Assembly: GCA_002269645.1 (NCBI GenBank)
Contig: NIVC01000984.1
Location: forward strand, 1 to 64,000
Origin: Macrostomum lignano
Lineage: Eukaryota
Length of the DNA stretch: 64,000 nucleotides
Direction of reading: 5' to 3'
The notes below the pieces were generated by a model that was given only the letters and a program-made list of their open reading frames with translations, had not been told where the DNA came from and did not search any database. The translations under genes and the position numbers were made by a program. This document shows positions 1 through 15,000 of this stretch, in pieces. Position 1 is the first letter of the stretch; each line of letters begins with the position of its first letter.

Positions 1-3000
1 GACTAAATTTAGTTTTAGTGGGGCCGAGACGCAATTCGGGTTGAGTTGAAATGGCGGCGGCTGTTGCTGTGCGACTGCGGCAGCTTCTGAGCCGAGGCGC
101 CTAGCCGAGAATCGATGTCATCCAGTTTAACGTAGAACATCGTAGCCTCGTGCCCGGCTCCTTGGGCGGAAAGGGCACGTACACCGGGGCGGAGCTCGAC
201 TGGCTGGAAGCGGCGAAGGAGGCTCCGTTTGCCCGTTGATGAGGAACAGCGACTGACGCGGAGGCGGCGGCGGCGGAGGAGGAGGAGACCAGGCTGAGCT
301 TGGCGCGTTCCAGGCTGTGCGCTGGCACGGCGGCGTCGTCTCGCAGGGGAATCCGGCTGGCCCGGCTGCCCAGACCGCCGGCCTGCGTACTGGGGCTGAC
401 CGGCAGCAGCGAGGGAATCAGCAGCTGGTCGTTTTCTACCTGAATTTCGTGAGTTGAGGGTTTGGAGAACCAGTGGATCGCAGTGGAGCACTCAGTATTG
501 ACAGATAGATAGAAAACATTTTTGACAGCCGAAAAAGTAGAGAAAGGGGAGGGAGGTAGAAGGAGATGAGACAGAGGAAGAGGGAGAGGAGAGAGGGAAG
601 ATGGAGAGGGAGATGGAGAGGGAGACGGAGAGGGAGACAGAGAGGGAGACGGAGAGGGAGACGGAGAGGGAGACGGAGAGGGAGACGAGAGGGAGACGGA
701 GAGGGAGACAGAGAGGAGACGGAGAGGAGACGGAGAGAGGAGATGGAGAGGGAGACGGAGAGGGAGATGGAGAGGGAGACGGAGTGGGAGACGGAGAGGA
801 GACGGAGAGGGAGACGGAGAGGTAGATGGAGAGGTAGATGGAGAGGGAGACGGAGAGGGAGACGGAGAGGGAGACGGAGAGGGAGATGGAGAGGGAGACG
901 GAGAGGGAGACAGAGAGGAGAGACGGAGAGGGAGACGGAGAGGGAGACGGAGAGGGAGACGGAGAGGGAGACGGAGAGGGAGACGGAGAGGGAGACAGAG
1001 AGGGAGACGGAGAGGGAGACGGAGAGGGAGATGGAGAGGAGACGGAGAGGGAGATGGAGAGGGAGACGGAGAGGGAGACGAGTGGGAGACGGAGAGGGAG
1101 ACGGAGAGGGAGACGGAGAGGGAGACGGAGAGGGAGACGGAGAGGAGACGGAAGAAAAATGGAACAAAAGCAAACAAAATTATAGCACAAAGACGAGATG
1201 TTGCAAATAAAAAAATGCAGACACATTTTCACTGCTTAGAAGAGTATAGAGACTATCTAAAAAGGGGAAGCAGCCTCACCAACAGAGCCAGCTCAAATTT
1301 GCCCAGCAGGCGGACAATGTAGCTCCTCATCTCCGCTGGCCGGCAGGCGCCGCTGTTGCCGTGAAAGACCCAATGCAGGTGCTCAACTGGCATCAAACCG
1401 CCACGGACCCACTTGTTATTTTCCGGCGTGGTGACCACCTGCGCTAGCAAGTCGCACACAGCCATTGCGGATCAAGGAAGTAGATGTCCGAAGACCAACA
1501 TCCTGAATGAGGGAGAATTTAGCTTTTACTGCCCAATCCACCGACTTCTTTGAGCAGGCACACAAGCGCGCGGATACGTACGCAGTCATACGCACAGGCA
1601 CACACTCACACAGGAGTGTACAGCGGCCCTAATTTATTTATCTATAGGGATGCACGTACACTTTACTAGGAGCAGAGCCAAGCCGAGATTCTAATTTAGC
1701 CCCAAATTAATGTGACTGCACTGGGAATCGAGCCTGGGTCGCTGGCACATCAGAGCGCCGCGCCAGACCACTGAGATACGGCCCCCTTTAGAAGAATTTG
1801 ACTTTGTTATTTTGAAGGGGATCTCTGCTGACTTACAGATAGCGAGGAAGCAATTAACTTCAAGCTGCCAGATGGTCAGCAGAGCTGCCCTATGCTAACA
1901 GTAGTAGCTGCCGATAATATTAATATAATTATGTCTTCTATGGTTGAGACAAGCCTACATGTAAATAATTAACTCAATTTTTTGACCGGATTTTTTGCTT
2001 TGACAACAAAACTAAATCACTGAAATCCGGATCAAAATTCCGGACCAAAATTCCGGAACCCAGATCACTGAAATCCGGATAAAAATTCCGGACCAAAATT
2101 CCGGAACCCTGATCACTGAAATCCGGATCAAAATTCCGGACCAAAATTCCGGAACCCAGATCACTGAAATCCGGATCAAAATTCCGGACCAAAATTCCGG
2201 AACCCAGATCAGTGAAATCCGGATCAAAATTCCGGACCAAAATTCCGGAACCCAGATCACTGAAATCCGGATCAAAATTCCGGACCAAAATTCCGGAACC
2301 CAGATCACTGAATCACGAAAATCAGCCCAGAATTTTCGAATTCAACTACCAACTTAAGGGAGGGTAAATTGACAAAAAGTCTATTAACGCAACATATCGG
2401 TAGTCGACTTCTGCTGCAAGTTCAAGAAGCTTCTCAGAATCACTTGCGTCGCCCCCACAGTCGTTTTAGAGCCGGTGCAGGAAACACAGGTAAAATAGGA
2501 AGGAAGTGACTCTAGACGACTCTAAAACGACGAGATGTCCTTGTCCTTGTTTAATTGTCTGCGACTCTGGGGCTTCTAGAATGAATCAGGGGCCTTTCCG
2601 TCGCATTGCAGTCGTTTGAGTCGTTAAACAAAGTCACAAGTCGTAGTCGCCCAAAGTCGCTAGTGAGTTGTTTGCAATCACTGTTTAGCGATTCTTGTCA
2701 CGATAAACAATCTATCCTTTAGTCTATAGATCCGACCTGCATCTTTAGTCTATCAGATTTAGTCTATCCGGATCTTCTATCTTTAGTCTATTCAGATTTA
2801 GTCTATCCGGATCTTCTATCTTTAGTCTATTCAGATTTAGTCTATCCGCTCTTCTAGTCTCAGATTCAGTCTCCAGTCCATAGTCCGGTATCTCGATCTA
2901 TTAGTCTATTCAGAGTCTATCCGATCTTTTATCTTTAGTCTATCCAGATCTTCTATCTTTAGTCTATTCAGATTTAGTCTATCCGGATCTTCTATCTTTA

Positions 3001-6000
3001 GTCTATTCAGAGTCTATCCCGACCTTTCATCTTTAGTCTATCCAGATCTTCTATCTTTAGTCTATTCAGATTTAGTCTATCCGGATCTTCTATCTTTAGT
3101 CTATTCAGAGTCTATCCCGACCTTTCATCTTTAGTCTATCCAGATCTTCTATCTTTAGTCTATCCGGATCTTCTATCTTTAGTCTATCCGGATCTTCTAT
3201 CTTTAGTCTATTCAGATTTAGTCTATCCGGATCTTCTATCTTTAGTCTATCCGGATCTTCTATCTTTAGCCATTCAGAGTCTATCCCGACCTTTCATCTT
3301 TAGTCTATCCGGATCTTCTATCTTTAGTCTATTCAGAGTCTATCCCGATCTTTCATCTTTAGTCTATCCCGGTCTTCTACTTTAGTCTATCCGGAGTCTA
3401 TCTCAATATTGTATCTTTTATTTTTCTGTCTTTATTTTTATCTAGTTTATGTATTTTTATTTCACTAAATGCGCAACTCAGTCGCTTTCACTGTTTCCCT
3501 CAAGGATCAATTAAAAGTACATAAGTGGCATCCTATCAGGCTGAAGCAGACGAAAATCAAGTGCACAAGCGCTAGCCAAAGCATCCAGGCATGTAATCCG
3601 AACAAAAATCGCTGGCAAAGCCTATATACCAGTAAAATATGTATAGCACTTGCACTCTTAATAAGTCAGATGCAATGCGTACTTTATGCACTGAAGATAC
3701 GCAGACAAGTCTCCCTGAGGAGGATGGGGAAAAAATGGGGGAAGGAAGGAAAACAGGAAAAGAGAGGCATGGCAGCGAGTGGGATGGGAGAATGGGAGAA
3801 CAAAAGAATGGGAGAAAAAGTTAGAGAGAATGGATCTGTAAAGGGAGTTGAAAAAATGAAATGAATTGAAATTCATCTTAACCTAATGCATCGGCTACTT
3901 TTTTTACTATTAGAATCTGCTTCTTGTAATGCACTGCAGACTATTGAATTCGTCATATTAATAAAATAGTTCTCGTCACAGGTGTAACAAACTGGAGGGC
4001 TTTTGCGCTTTCACGCCAAGCAAAAGCGGTCGCATCAGGGGAATCACAATACAGGGATCACAGTGGAGAATCACAGTGGGAGAATTAGATTGGGAGAATC
4101 ACAGGGGAATTACAGTGGCGGAATCACAGGGGGGAATTACAGTGGCGAAATCACAGGGGGATTACAGTGGCGGAATCACAGTTGAAGAATCACAGTGGGG
4201 GGAATCACAGTGAGAATCACAGGGAGAATTAAAGTTGGGGAATCACAGTGGGAGAATCACAGTGGGGAATCACAGTGGGGAGAATCACAGTGGGGGAATC
4301 ACAGTGGGAGAATCACAATGGGGAATCACAGTGGGGAGAATCACAGTGGGGGAATCACAGTGGGGGAATCACAGTGGGGGAATCACAGTGGGGAGAATCA
4401 CAGTGGGGGAATCACAGTGGGGAATCACAGTGGGGAATCACAGTGTGGGGGGGAATCACAGTGGGGGAATCACAGTGTGGGGGGATCACAGTGGGGAATC
4501 ACAGTGGGGAATCACAGTGGGGGAATCACAGTGGGAGAATTAGAGTGGGATAATCGCAGGGAAGAATTGCAGTGGGGGAATCACAGTGGGGAATCACAGT
4601 GAGGGAATCACAGTGGGGAACCAAAGGGAGAATCAGCCGGTAATCAAGACAGGGAATAAATACTTCAAGAGAAACTTAGGATTCAAGCTTGAGACATCGG
4701 TGCGATGAATACAAACAATAATTGAATCTCACCTGATGGCGCACAATGGGAATGCCCAGACTGCTTGGCTCCCTCACTCGCATAAATCGCTGATCAACAT
4801 AGGCCAGCTTCTCCCGGAGGTACTGCTCCCTCAGCTGTCTGTCGTCAATGTCCAGCGCGTCCAGATGCGTGCCGACGATGATGACTGAGGACCGAGGCGC
4901 CCGACTGTGAATGTTCACCAGCCACTGGTGCACGCTCTCCATGCCGCGGTCGCCGGTGCGCAAGTCCCACACCACTAGGTAGATTGCTCGCTTAGATAAG
5001 AAATATTGATGCGTTGCGTAATACTCTTTTTGGCCGCCGAAATCCCAGGTGCGAAATACGATCTCCTCTATTCTGTGGCCTTTCCTACGCATCACCAGGT
5101 CGCCAATGTCGACGCCGACTGTCGATAAAATCTTGCCGCTGTCCCGGTTGGGGTCCTCGATGCCTTGCCGGTGGGCCCAGGTGCCCGACTTGCCTGTTGG
5201 GGAGGATTAGGCGACAGGGATAGGTACCAGGTATGGCTATTAGATATGTGAGTACCAGGTATGGCTATTAGATATGTGAGTACCAGGTATGGCTATTAGA
5301 TATGTGAGTACCAGGTATGGCTATTAGATATGTGAGTACCAGGTATGGCTATTAGATATATGTGAGTACCAGGTATGGCTATTAGATATATGTGAGTACC
5401 AGGTATGGCTATTAGATATATGTGAGTACCAGGTATGGCTATTAGATATATGTGAGTACCAGGTATGGCTATTAGATATATGTGAGTAACAGATATAGCT
5501 ACTAGGTATGGCTATTAGATATACGTGGGTAACAGATATAGCTACTAGGTATGGCTATTAGATATACGTGGGTAACAGATATAGCTACTAGGTATGGCTA
5601 CAAGGTAAAGTTTTAAGCAAAAGCTGAAAAAACGTTTAGGAAAGACGTGTAGGTAACTGATTAAGAAAGCAATTATAGGGCTTAAAAAGGATTATTAAAG
5701 ACGCTTACCAACAGATCCTTCTAACTTTCTCAGTCGATTAATCAATGTGGTTTTGCCAATGTTGGCGTTGCCAACCACCATCAGTTTGAGCTGGTTGTAG
5801 GGTCGGGACTCGGTTTTTACGCTTTTTAAGTAGGACAAAATCTCCCTGGTTAAGGCACGGCCCGCCGCGAGCTCCTGGACTCGACCCTGCGGATTGTAGT
5901 GGAGTGACAGTGCTCAGGCTATCAGTAACTGGAGTGACAGTGCTCAGACTATCAGTAACTGGAGTAACAGTGCTCAGGCTATCAGTAACTGAAGTGACAG

Positions 6001-9000
6001 TGCTCAGACTATCAGTAACTGGAGTAACAGTGCTCAGACTATCAATAACTGGAGTGACAGTGCTCAGACTATCAGTAAATGGAGTGACAGTGCTCAGACT
6101 ATCAGTAACTGGAGTAACAGTGCTCAGACTATCAATAACTGGAGTAACAGTGCTCAGACTATCAATAACTGGAGTGACAGTGCTCAGACTATCAGTAAAT
6201 GGAGTGACAGTGCTCAGGCTATCAGTAACTGAAGTGACAGTGCTCAGACTATCAGTAACTGGAGTAACAGTGCTCAGACTATCAATAACTGGAGTGACAG
6301 TGCTCAGACTATCAGTAAATGGAGTGACAGTGCTCAGACTATCAGTAACTGGAGTAACAGTGCTCAGACTATCAATAACTGGAGTGACAGTGCTCAGACT
6401 ATCAGTAAATGGAGTGACAGTGCTCAGGCTATCAGTAACTGAAGTGACAGTGCTCAGACTATCAGTAACTGGAGTAACAGTGCTCAGACTATCAATAACT
6501 GGAGTGACAGTGCTCAGACTATCAGTAAATGGAGTGACAGTGCTCAGACTATCAGTAACTGGAGTAACAGTGCTCAGACTATCAATAACTGGAGTGACAG
6601 TGCTCAGACTATCAGTAAATGGAGTGACAGTGCTCAGACTATCAGTAAATGGAGTGACAGTGCTCAGACTATCAGTAAATGGAGTGACAGTGCTCAGACT
6701 ATCAGTAAATGGAGTGACAGTGCTCAGGCTATCAGTAAAAGGAGTGACAGTGCTCAGACTATCAGTAACTGGAGTGACAGTGCTCAGACTATCAGTAACT
6801 GGAGTGACAGTGCTCAGGCTATCAGTAAATGGAGTGACAGTGCTCAGACTATCAGTAACTGGAGTAACAGTGCTCAGACTATCAATAACTGGAGTGACAG
6901 TGCTCAGACTATCAGTAAATGGAGTGACAGTGCTCAGACTATCAGTAAATGGAGTGACAGTGCTCAGACTATCAGTAACTGGAGTGACAGTGCTCAGGCT
7001 ATCAGTAACTGGAGTAACAGTGCTCAGACTATCAATAACTGGAGTGACAGTGCTCAGACTATCAGTAAATGGAGTGACAGTGCTCAGACTATCAGTAAAT
7101 GGAGTGACAGTGCTCAGGCTATCAGTAACTGGATGACAGTGCTCAGTGACAGTGACAGTGCTCAGACTATCAGTAAATGAGTGACAGTGACAGTGCTCTC
7201 AGGCTATCAATAACTGGAGTGACAGTGCTCAGACTATCACTGGAGTGACAGTGCTCAGACTATCAGTAAATGGAGTGACAGTGCTCAGATCAGTAAATGG
7301 AGTGACAGTGCTCAGACTATCAGTAAGTGCTCAGACTATCAATAACTTGTGACAGTGCTCAGACTATCAGTAACTAGAGTGACAGAGTGACAGTGCTCAG
7401 ACTATCAGTAACTGGAGTGACAGTGCTCTGACGTCAGACGTACCTGAAGCGGGCAGCCTTCAAGCTCGAGCAGCGACAGCCAATGCAGACCGGAGAGGCT
7501 GGGCGGCAGCTGGTGAATGGCAGTCCAAGCCAGACTTAAACTGGTCAGGTGTTCCATTCGGCACACATCGTCAGGCAGCTCCATCAGGTGTTGATTGCGC
7601 GACAAATCCAGCTGATTCAGCGCCGGAAACAGCAGCGTCGATGGAGGCGGCGGAGCTGTTGGAGCCGGCTGGCCGACTCCGCCAGGAGCGATGCTGAACT
7701 GCAACACCTTGACTGGATTGTTGCGCAAGTTGAGCACCTTGAGCTGGTCGAGCACCCGGTGCTGCCTGTGCTGACAGCCTTTAGGCATAGGCTGCTGCTG
7801 CTGCTCAGACAGGGATCGCTGGGTGAGGAAGCACAGATCCGGCACAATGTCCGTGCGGCACCATTCCTCCAGGCTGTCAATACAGTTGCCGCTAAGATCC
7901 AGATTCTCTAATCCGCTAGGGAAATCCCAGATATGGGACACGTCAGTGATCTGATTGGCTCCCAGGTCGAGACGGCGCAGAGACGAGCCAGACAGGACAG
8001 GCCTTTGGGACAGGAGCGGAGGCGGTTGCCCTTGAGAATGAGAGTGTTGAGCGTGTGCTGCTGGCCCTGCGGCTGCTGTTGCTGCTGCGAGCTGGTCCGG
8101 TCGGCCGACTGCGGGCTGGGCTGAACCTCCAGGGTTTCGTGCTGCAGGCCGCATCTGGTGAGCACCTACGGTTTGGGGAGGATAGGCCGGCTTAGCATGT
8201 AAGTATCAGGCATTAAGTCGGTGTAGGACTCCCAATTTTTTGGGGGTGTTTATCAAGTTTCGAACTTTTCGAAATTTAAAGCTTGTGAAAGCGAACCTTG
8301 TTGGGACCCTACTTACCTCTATACTACCTGATCATCAGACAATATGTGTACTTTTCCTCAAGTGCGTACGCGGGCCCACGAAAGTTTAGGGGGAATTTGA
8401 AATTTGCGGGAATGTGAAAATTGGGGAATGTGAATCCTGGAGGAATGTGAAAATTGGGGAAAGTGAATCCTGGAGGAATGTAAACACTGGAGGAATGTCA
8501 ATCCTGGAGGAATGTGAAAATTGGGGAGTGTGAATCCTGGAGGAATGTGAAATTCTGCAGGAATGTGAAATTCTGCAGGAATGTGAAATTCTGCAGGAAT
8601 GTGAAATTTGGGGAATGTAAAATTCTGCAGGAATGTGAAACTTTGGGGATGTGAAATTTGGGGGATGTGAACTCTGGAGAATGTGAATCCTGGAGGAATG
8701 TGAAAATTAGGGAATGTTAGGGAAAAAAGTGGGAAATTTAAAATTTGGAAATGCGAAATTCTGGAGGAAAGTGAAATTTTATAAAATTCAGGGAATGTGA
8801 AATTTTAGGAATGTAGAATTTAGGGAATACGAAAGCGGCTCTTCTCACCTTCTCATCCCATCCGGTGTACTCAGCCATGGTGTCCACATTCAGATGCAGG
8901 CTGGTCACCATCACGCCGCCGGGCTCGAAGCCACCAACGCCGAGGAACATTGAGGAGCCGCCGATGCCGCTGGGCGAACTCGGCGTCAACGGAGACGCCG

Positions 9001-12000
9001 AGGTGTTTGTTGACGAAGACACCGCGGCAGCCATCGAAGCCGCGGCGGCTGCCTCAGCGGCGGCCACGGCAGCAGCCGCAGCGGCCGGCCAAGCGTCCGG
9101 CGTGCCCTTGACCGGCAGGCTGGACAGGCAATTGTCGGCCAAGTCCAGCAGCTGGAGCCGGGGCGCGAACCAGACTCGAGCTGGAAGACGATCGATCCGA
9201 TTGCCGGAGCAGACCAGAGTGGCCAGCAGAGGCAACCGGCCGGCGGTGAACAGCCAGTCAGGCAGACCAGTCAGCCGATTTCCGGCCACGTTCAGCTCGG
9301 CCAGGCTGGGCAGCAGAGCGGAGTGGCCGGGAGTGGCCGGCGGCAGCTCCGAGTCGTCCGGCAGTCGTTGAATCGCATTGTTGGCCAGGCTGAGCTCTCG
9401 CAGGCTGCGCAGTCGAAGCAGCTCAGCTGGCAGCTTGGCGAGACCGCAGCCGGATAAGTCGACTTTGGTGACGGCACACAAAGCGACGTCCGGCGAAGCG
9501 TCGACGCTCAGGTGAGGATTGTGCAGTTGGCAGGCGGCCAGCAGCCAGGCCAGTCGAATTCCCGTCAGCCGACGGATGTCGCACCAGCGTAGGGCGACGG
9601 GACGGCGAGGCAGCGACGGGTACAGCCGCTCGAACTGGCAGTCTGTGAGGCCGCCGTCGCCTCCGCTGCCAGCGCTTGCCGCGCCGCTACCGCCGCCAGG
9701 ACCAGCGGCACCACCGCTGCCGCTGGTGCCAAGCAGCTGGTCTCGATTAATTCGATTGACATTGTCCAGACTGGCCAGGTGTTGCAGCAGCAGCGTGACC
9801 AACTGGTCGGAACTGTCCAAGTCTGCTTCGGCCGATTTTGAGTCCAACTGGTTTAAAGTGTTCCGATAGAAGTGGTGAATTATGGATTATTTTTCTGCTT
9901 TGAATGAGCAACTCTCATGGATTAGAGAGCGATTCTCATGGATTAGAGAGCGATTCACATGGATTAGAGAGCGATTCTCATGGATTAGAGAGGGATTCTC
10001 ATGGATTAGAGAGCGATTCTCATGGATTAGAAAAGCGATTCTCATGGATTAGAGAAGCGATTCTCATGGATTAGAGAGGGATTCTCATGGATTAGAGAGC
10101 GATTCTCATGGATTAGAGAGGGATTCTCATGGATTAGAGAAGCGATTCTCATGGATTAGAGAAGCGATTCTCATGGATTAGAGAGCGATTCTCATGGATT
10201 AGAGAAGCGATTCTCATGGATTAGAGAGCGATTCTCATGAATTAGAGAGGGATTCTCATGGATTAGAGAAGCGATTCTCATGGATTAGAGAGCGATTCTC
10301 ATGGATTAGAGAGCGATTCTCATGAATTAGAGAGGGATTCTCATGGATTAGAGAAGCGATTCTCATGGATTAGAGAGCGATTCTCATGAATTAGAGAGGG
10401 ATTCTCATGGATTAGAGAAGCGATTCTCATGGATTAGAGAGTGATTCTCATGCATTAGAGAACGATTCTCATGGATTAGAAAAGCGATTTTCGTGGATTA
10501 GAGAAGCGATTTTCATGGATTAGAGAAGCGATTTTTTTGAATTAGAGAAGCGAATCTTTAGAGTTTCCAATGAACTGAGGACAAGTGACAATCACCCTCC
10601 GGGCTCACCTGGTCCAACGCTTCGTGCAAAAGCTGACCGTTTTTGTCAACGGCTCCGTGCCGCATCAGCAGGTCGGCCAGGTCCAGACTGCCCGATTCAA
10701 CTGCCACCCGCAGCGGATAAGTCTGCTTGCCGTCGAATTCTACGTCGGCGTTCACTTCGCCGGCCAAATGGCCGAGCAGGCAGCGGACAACGTCCGGCTG
10801 GTGCTTGGTGACGGCCAGTGCCAGCACAGCGGCGCCTTTACTGCGCAGATTGAGCGGGCTGACTCGGCGAACTGCGCTTCGCCCGTTGTCGACTATTGTG
10901 ACTGAGGCGGCCGCGGTGGCGTCGCATCCTCCTCCTCCTGTCTGACTGTCGTCGATGACGGGGCCGTCGCAGTCGCCGGCTGGTGACGTCAGTTGGTCAA
11001 GCAGGAAACTGGCAGAGACCTGTGCGTTGTTTTGTTATAATTGAGATTTTTAGGCTCTCAGCGTTTTTATTCTAATTTTGAGGGTCTCTACGTGTCTGTT
11101 TTAAAAATATAAACACGTAGGTATTTTGAGGCTCTCAATATTTCTATTCTGATTTCGAGGCTCTCTACAAGTTTTACCCATGACATTTTGAGGCTCTCGA
11201 CGTGTCTATTCATCAGATATCAAAATATCGATATTTTGAGGCTCTGCAGAGTTTTTGTAAGATTTATTTGAGGCTGCCAACTTTTTTTTCGGAATAATTA
11301 AAGGCTCTGAGCGTCAACGTAGCCCATATTATCTGTTCGAGATTTAATTTCTAACGATTCAATTGAAACTGTAGCGAATATAATTTTGTGAGGCTCTCTA
11401 CGTGCCTACTAAACGGAACATTAGAGACCTCTAGTCTTTATTTAAGTTACCAAATAAACTTTTCTGACATTAAAAGCTTCGAGAATAAGGAATTTTAGAC
11501 TCCTTGAGTAACGCTACATCACCTTAAAACTCAGCAGACAACGTAGCACATCTAGGTGGCCCCACAGCGTTGCGAGTTGCAACGCCGAATAACCTTCGAC
11601 ATCTTCAGCGTTGACATCGAAAGCGGCTCTGTACGTGCCGATGCCGCCGCGGCTGTACACGTAGAACTTCTGCAAGCAGTCCTCTGGATAGTTGAAGTTT
11701 AGCAGAAGATTTGCCACATCGTAGTGGCCTTCCAAACAGGCGGCGTGGAGCGGCAGCATGCGCTCCTTTGTTGTTGCTATGGCAACCGCTTTCGGGCACT
11801 GGTAGATCAGACGCTCAACTATTGCTACGTTGCCTTTGCCGCAGGCGACGTACAACGGCGTGTAGCCGGTAACTGGGTGGGCCACGCACTGGGCTCCGTT
11901 TCGCACGAGAAAGTCCACTACGTCTGTCTTGCCGTGCTCGCAGGCTCTGGGTGAGCGAGTATATTGGGGTAAGGCTGGTTGTGGCCACAGTGTACAATTG

Positions 12001-15000
12001 GGGTAAGGCTGGTTGTGGCCACAGTGTACAATTGGGGTAAGGCTGGTTGTGGCCACAGTGTACAATTGGGGTAAGGCTGGTTGTGGCCACAGTGTACAAT
12101 TGGGGTAAGGCTGGTTGTGGCCACAGTGTACAATTGGGGTAAGGCTGGTTGTGGCCACAGTGTACAATTGGGGTAAGGCTGGTTGTGGCCAGTACATTGG
12201 GTAAGGCTGGTTGTGGCCACAGAGTAAATTGGGGTAAGGCTGGTTGGGCCACAGAGTACATTGGGGTAACGCTGGTTGTGGCCACAGTGTACATTGGGGT
12301 AAGGCTGGTTGGGGGCACAATGTACAATGGGGTAAGACTGGTTGGGGGCACAATGTACATTCGGGTAAGGCTGGTTGGGGGCACAATTTACATTCGGGTA
12401 AGGCTGGCTGTAGACACAGTGTACATTGGGAATAATTAGGCTGGGTGGGACAACAATCTACATTATAGTAAGGTTGATTATGAACCGGTGTGTACAAAGG
12501 TCATACTTACCTATAAAGCAGAGAGTAGGAATCCTGGGGACACCTGTTAATTACTTTCTCCAGTCGAAAGATTCGTTTGGCAGCATTACTAATAGCCTGA
12601 CAGTCGAATGTTAAGCAGAGATTGTAAAACTCCGTAGCCTCCAGTTCGTATTGCTCTGGTGAGAGATGTTGAAAACGAAATTTAGAAACACTTTGTCGCT
12701 TATAAAGCGAACTAAGAATTTACAATAATCCCTGCAATATTTAGCAATACAGCGCTGTTTTCTATAAAGTTGGTAAAAGGGAAGAAAGATGATCACAGGG
12801 GAATTCAGAGCGATTGCTCAGATTCCAAGAAACAATGAGATCTTGCACAGATGCCAAGGCTCATGAGGTCATTAAGTACACCTCAGATGCCAAGGCTCAT
12901 GAGGTCATTGGGTACAGCTCAGATGACAAGGCTCATGAGGTCATTAAGTACAGCTCAGATGTAAAGGCTCATGGGGTCATTGGGTACAGCTCAGATGCCA
13001 AGGCTCATGAGATCATTAAGTACACCTCAGATGCCAAGGCTCATGAGGTCATTAAGTACAGCTCAGATGTCAAGGCTCATGGGGTCATTAAGTACAGCTC
13101 AGATGTCAAGGCTCATGGGGTCATTAGGTACAGCTCAGATGACAACTCATGACACCTGCAGCTCATGGGGTCATTAAGTACACCTTATATGCCAAGGCTC
13201 ATGAGGTCATTAAGTACACCTCAGATGCCAAGGCTCATGAGGTCATTAAGTACAGCTCATATGCCAAGGCTCATGAGGTCATTAAGTAAGCTCATATGCC
13301 AAGGCTCATGAGGTCATTAAGTACAGCTCATATGCCAAGGCTCATGAGGTCATTGGGTACAGCTCAGATGCCAAGGCTCATGAGGTCATTAAGTACAGCT
13401 CAGATGCCAAGGCTCATGAGGTCATTGGGTACAGCTCAGATGACAAGGCTCATGGGGTCATTAAGTACAGCTCAGATGTAAAGGCTCATGGGGTCATTGG
13501 GTACAGCTCAGATGCCAAGGCTCATGAGATCATTAAGTACACCTCAGATGCCAAGGCTCATGAGGTCATTAAGTACACCTCATATGCCAAGGCTCATGAG
13601 GTCATTAAGTACAGCTCATATGCCAAGGCTCATGAGGTCATTAAGTACACCTCATATGCCAAGGCTCATGAGGTCATTAAGTACAGCTCATATGCCAAGG
13701 CTCATGAGGTCATTAAGTACAGCTCAGATGCCAAGGCTCATGAGGTCATTAAGTACACCTCATGACACCTGCAGCTCATGGGGTCATTAAGTACACCTTA
13801 TATGCCAAGGCTCATGAGGTCATTAAGTACAGCTCATATGCCAAGGCTCATGAGGTCATTAAGTACAGCTCATATGCCAAGGCTCATGAGGTCATTAAGT
13901 ACAGCTCATATGCCAAGGCTCATGAGGTCATTAAGTACAGCTCATATGCCAAGGCTCATGAGGTCATTAAGTACAGCTCAGATGCCAAGGCTCATGAGGT
14001 CATTAAGTACAGCTCATATGCCAAGGCTCATGAGGTCATTGGGTACAGCTCAGATACCAAGGCTCATGAGGTCATTAAGTACAGCTCAGATGCCAAGGCT
14101 CATGGGGTCATTGGGTATAGCTCAGATGCTTGCCCCCGAAGGGGGGCTCATTTACTATTCTACATGCACAAAATCTGTAATCGTTATGCATGATTTGCGG
14201 GCTCTACAAAGCCAATACACACCATTTTTAGCTTCCAACAATTCGCAAATGTGCTCGCTCTGCTTTTTGGCTGTGCGCTTATCTTTACTAAGCTGCAGGC
14301 AGCTGACCCCGGCAGCGTCCTCGCGGTAGATGTTGCACCTAAACGCGCTATCCGTTGCCGCGGGCCGGTCGGTCAGCAGAGAGCAGACCATCTCAGCCTG
14401 GCCTTCCTCGATTGCTCGGTGTAGAGCGGTCTACAGTTTATTATTCAATAAGAAGATTAAATGTCATTATTACCTGGTGCACTTTTCCGATGCTTTCTTG
14501 GAAAGAGAATCAAAGCATGAGAAAAGCCTATGATGTTATGAGTGTATAGATTTGCTGAGCAAGCAATACTTTCAAATCAGATTAGCAGTGCTGCGATCAT
14601 AATCCCGTCTTGTATATAAATCCAATTCCGCAGACTCCTGAGCACACACAAGCGCGCCAACACTGTACTCAGGCACGCACTCATGCACACGCTCACACAG
14701 GATGTACAGCAGTCATGACTGTCTAATCGTCAGGCATGTACACTCTCTGTGCCTTGGGGGTTGGCTCTCACGGCTGCCTTCAGCACTCTGATTAACCAGT
14801 GGGTGGCATATCAGGGCGGTAATCATGGCCACGGCTGCTTCCCTAGGCAGTGAGGAATGCCCATTCTGCCTCTTGGCGTTGAGAACACATGGAGCACTTC
14901 GACTGTGACTGTCTTGCCTTTACTCAGGACAGGTTGATCTGCCTCAACACAAACCCAGATCTCTCTGACATTTTCAGGCCCGAGAAGCTGCATCTGGATG

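Noticed and set aside
436-1232. Long ORFs such as (SPSP)n, (RLPL)n and (ETER)n
   Set aside because: They are translations of a GA-rich 12-bp intronic satellite, open in several frames on both strands.
5904-7136. 410-aa ORF (VTVLRLSVTG)n
   Set aside because: It is a stop-free frame of the 30-bp satellite, antisense inside an Lrrk intron.
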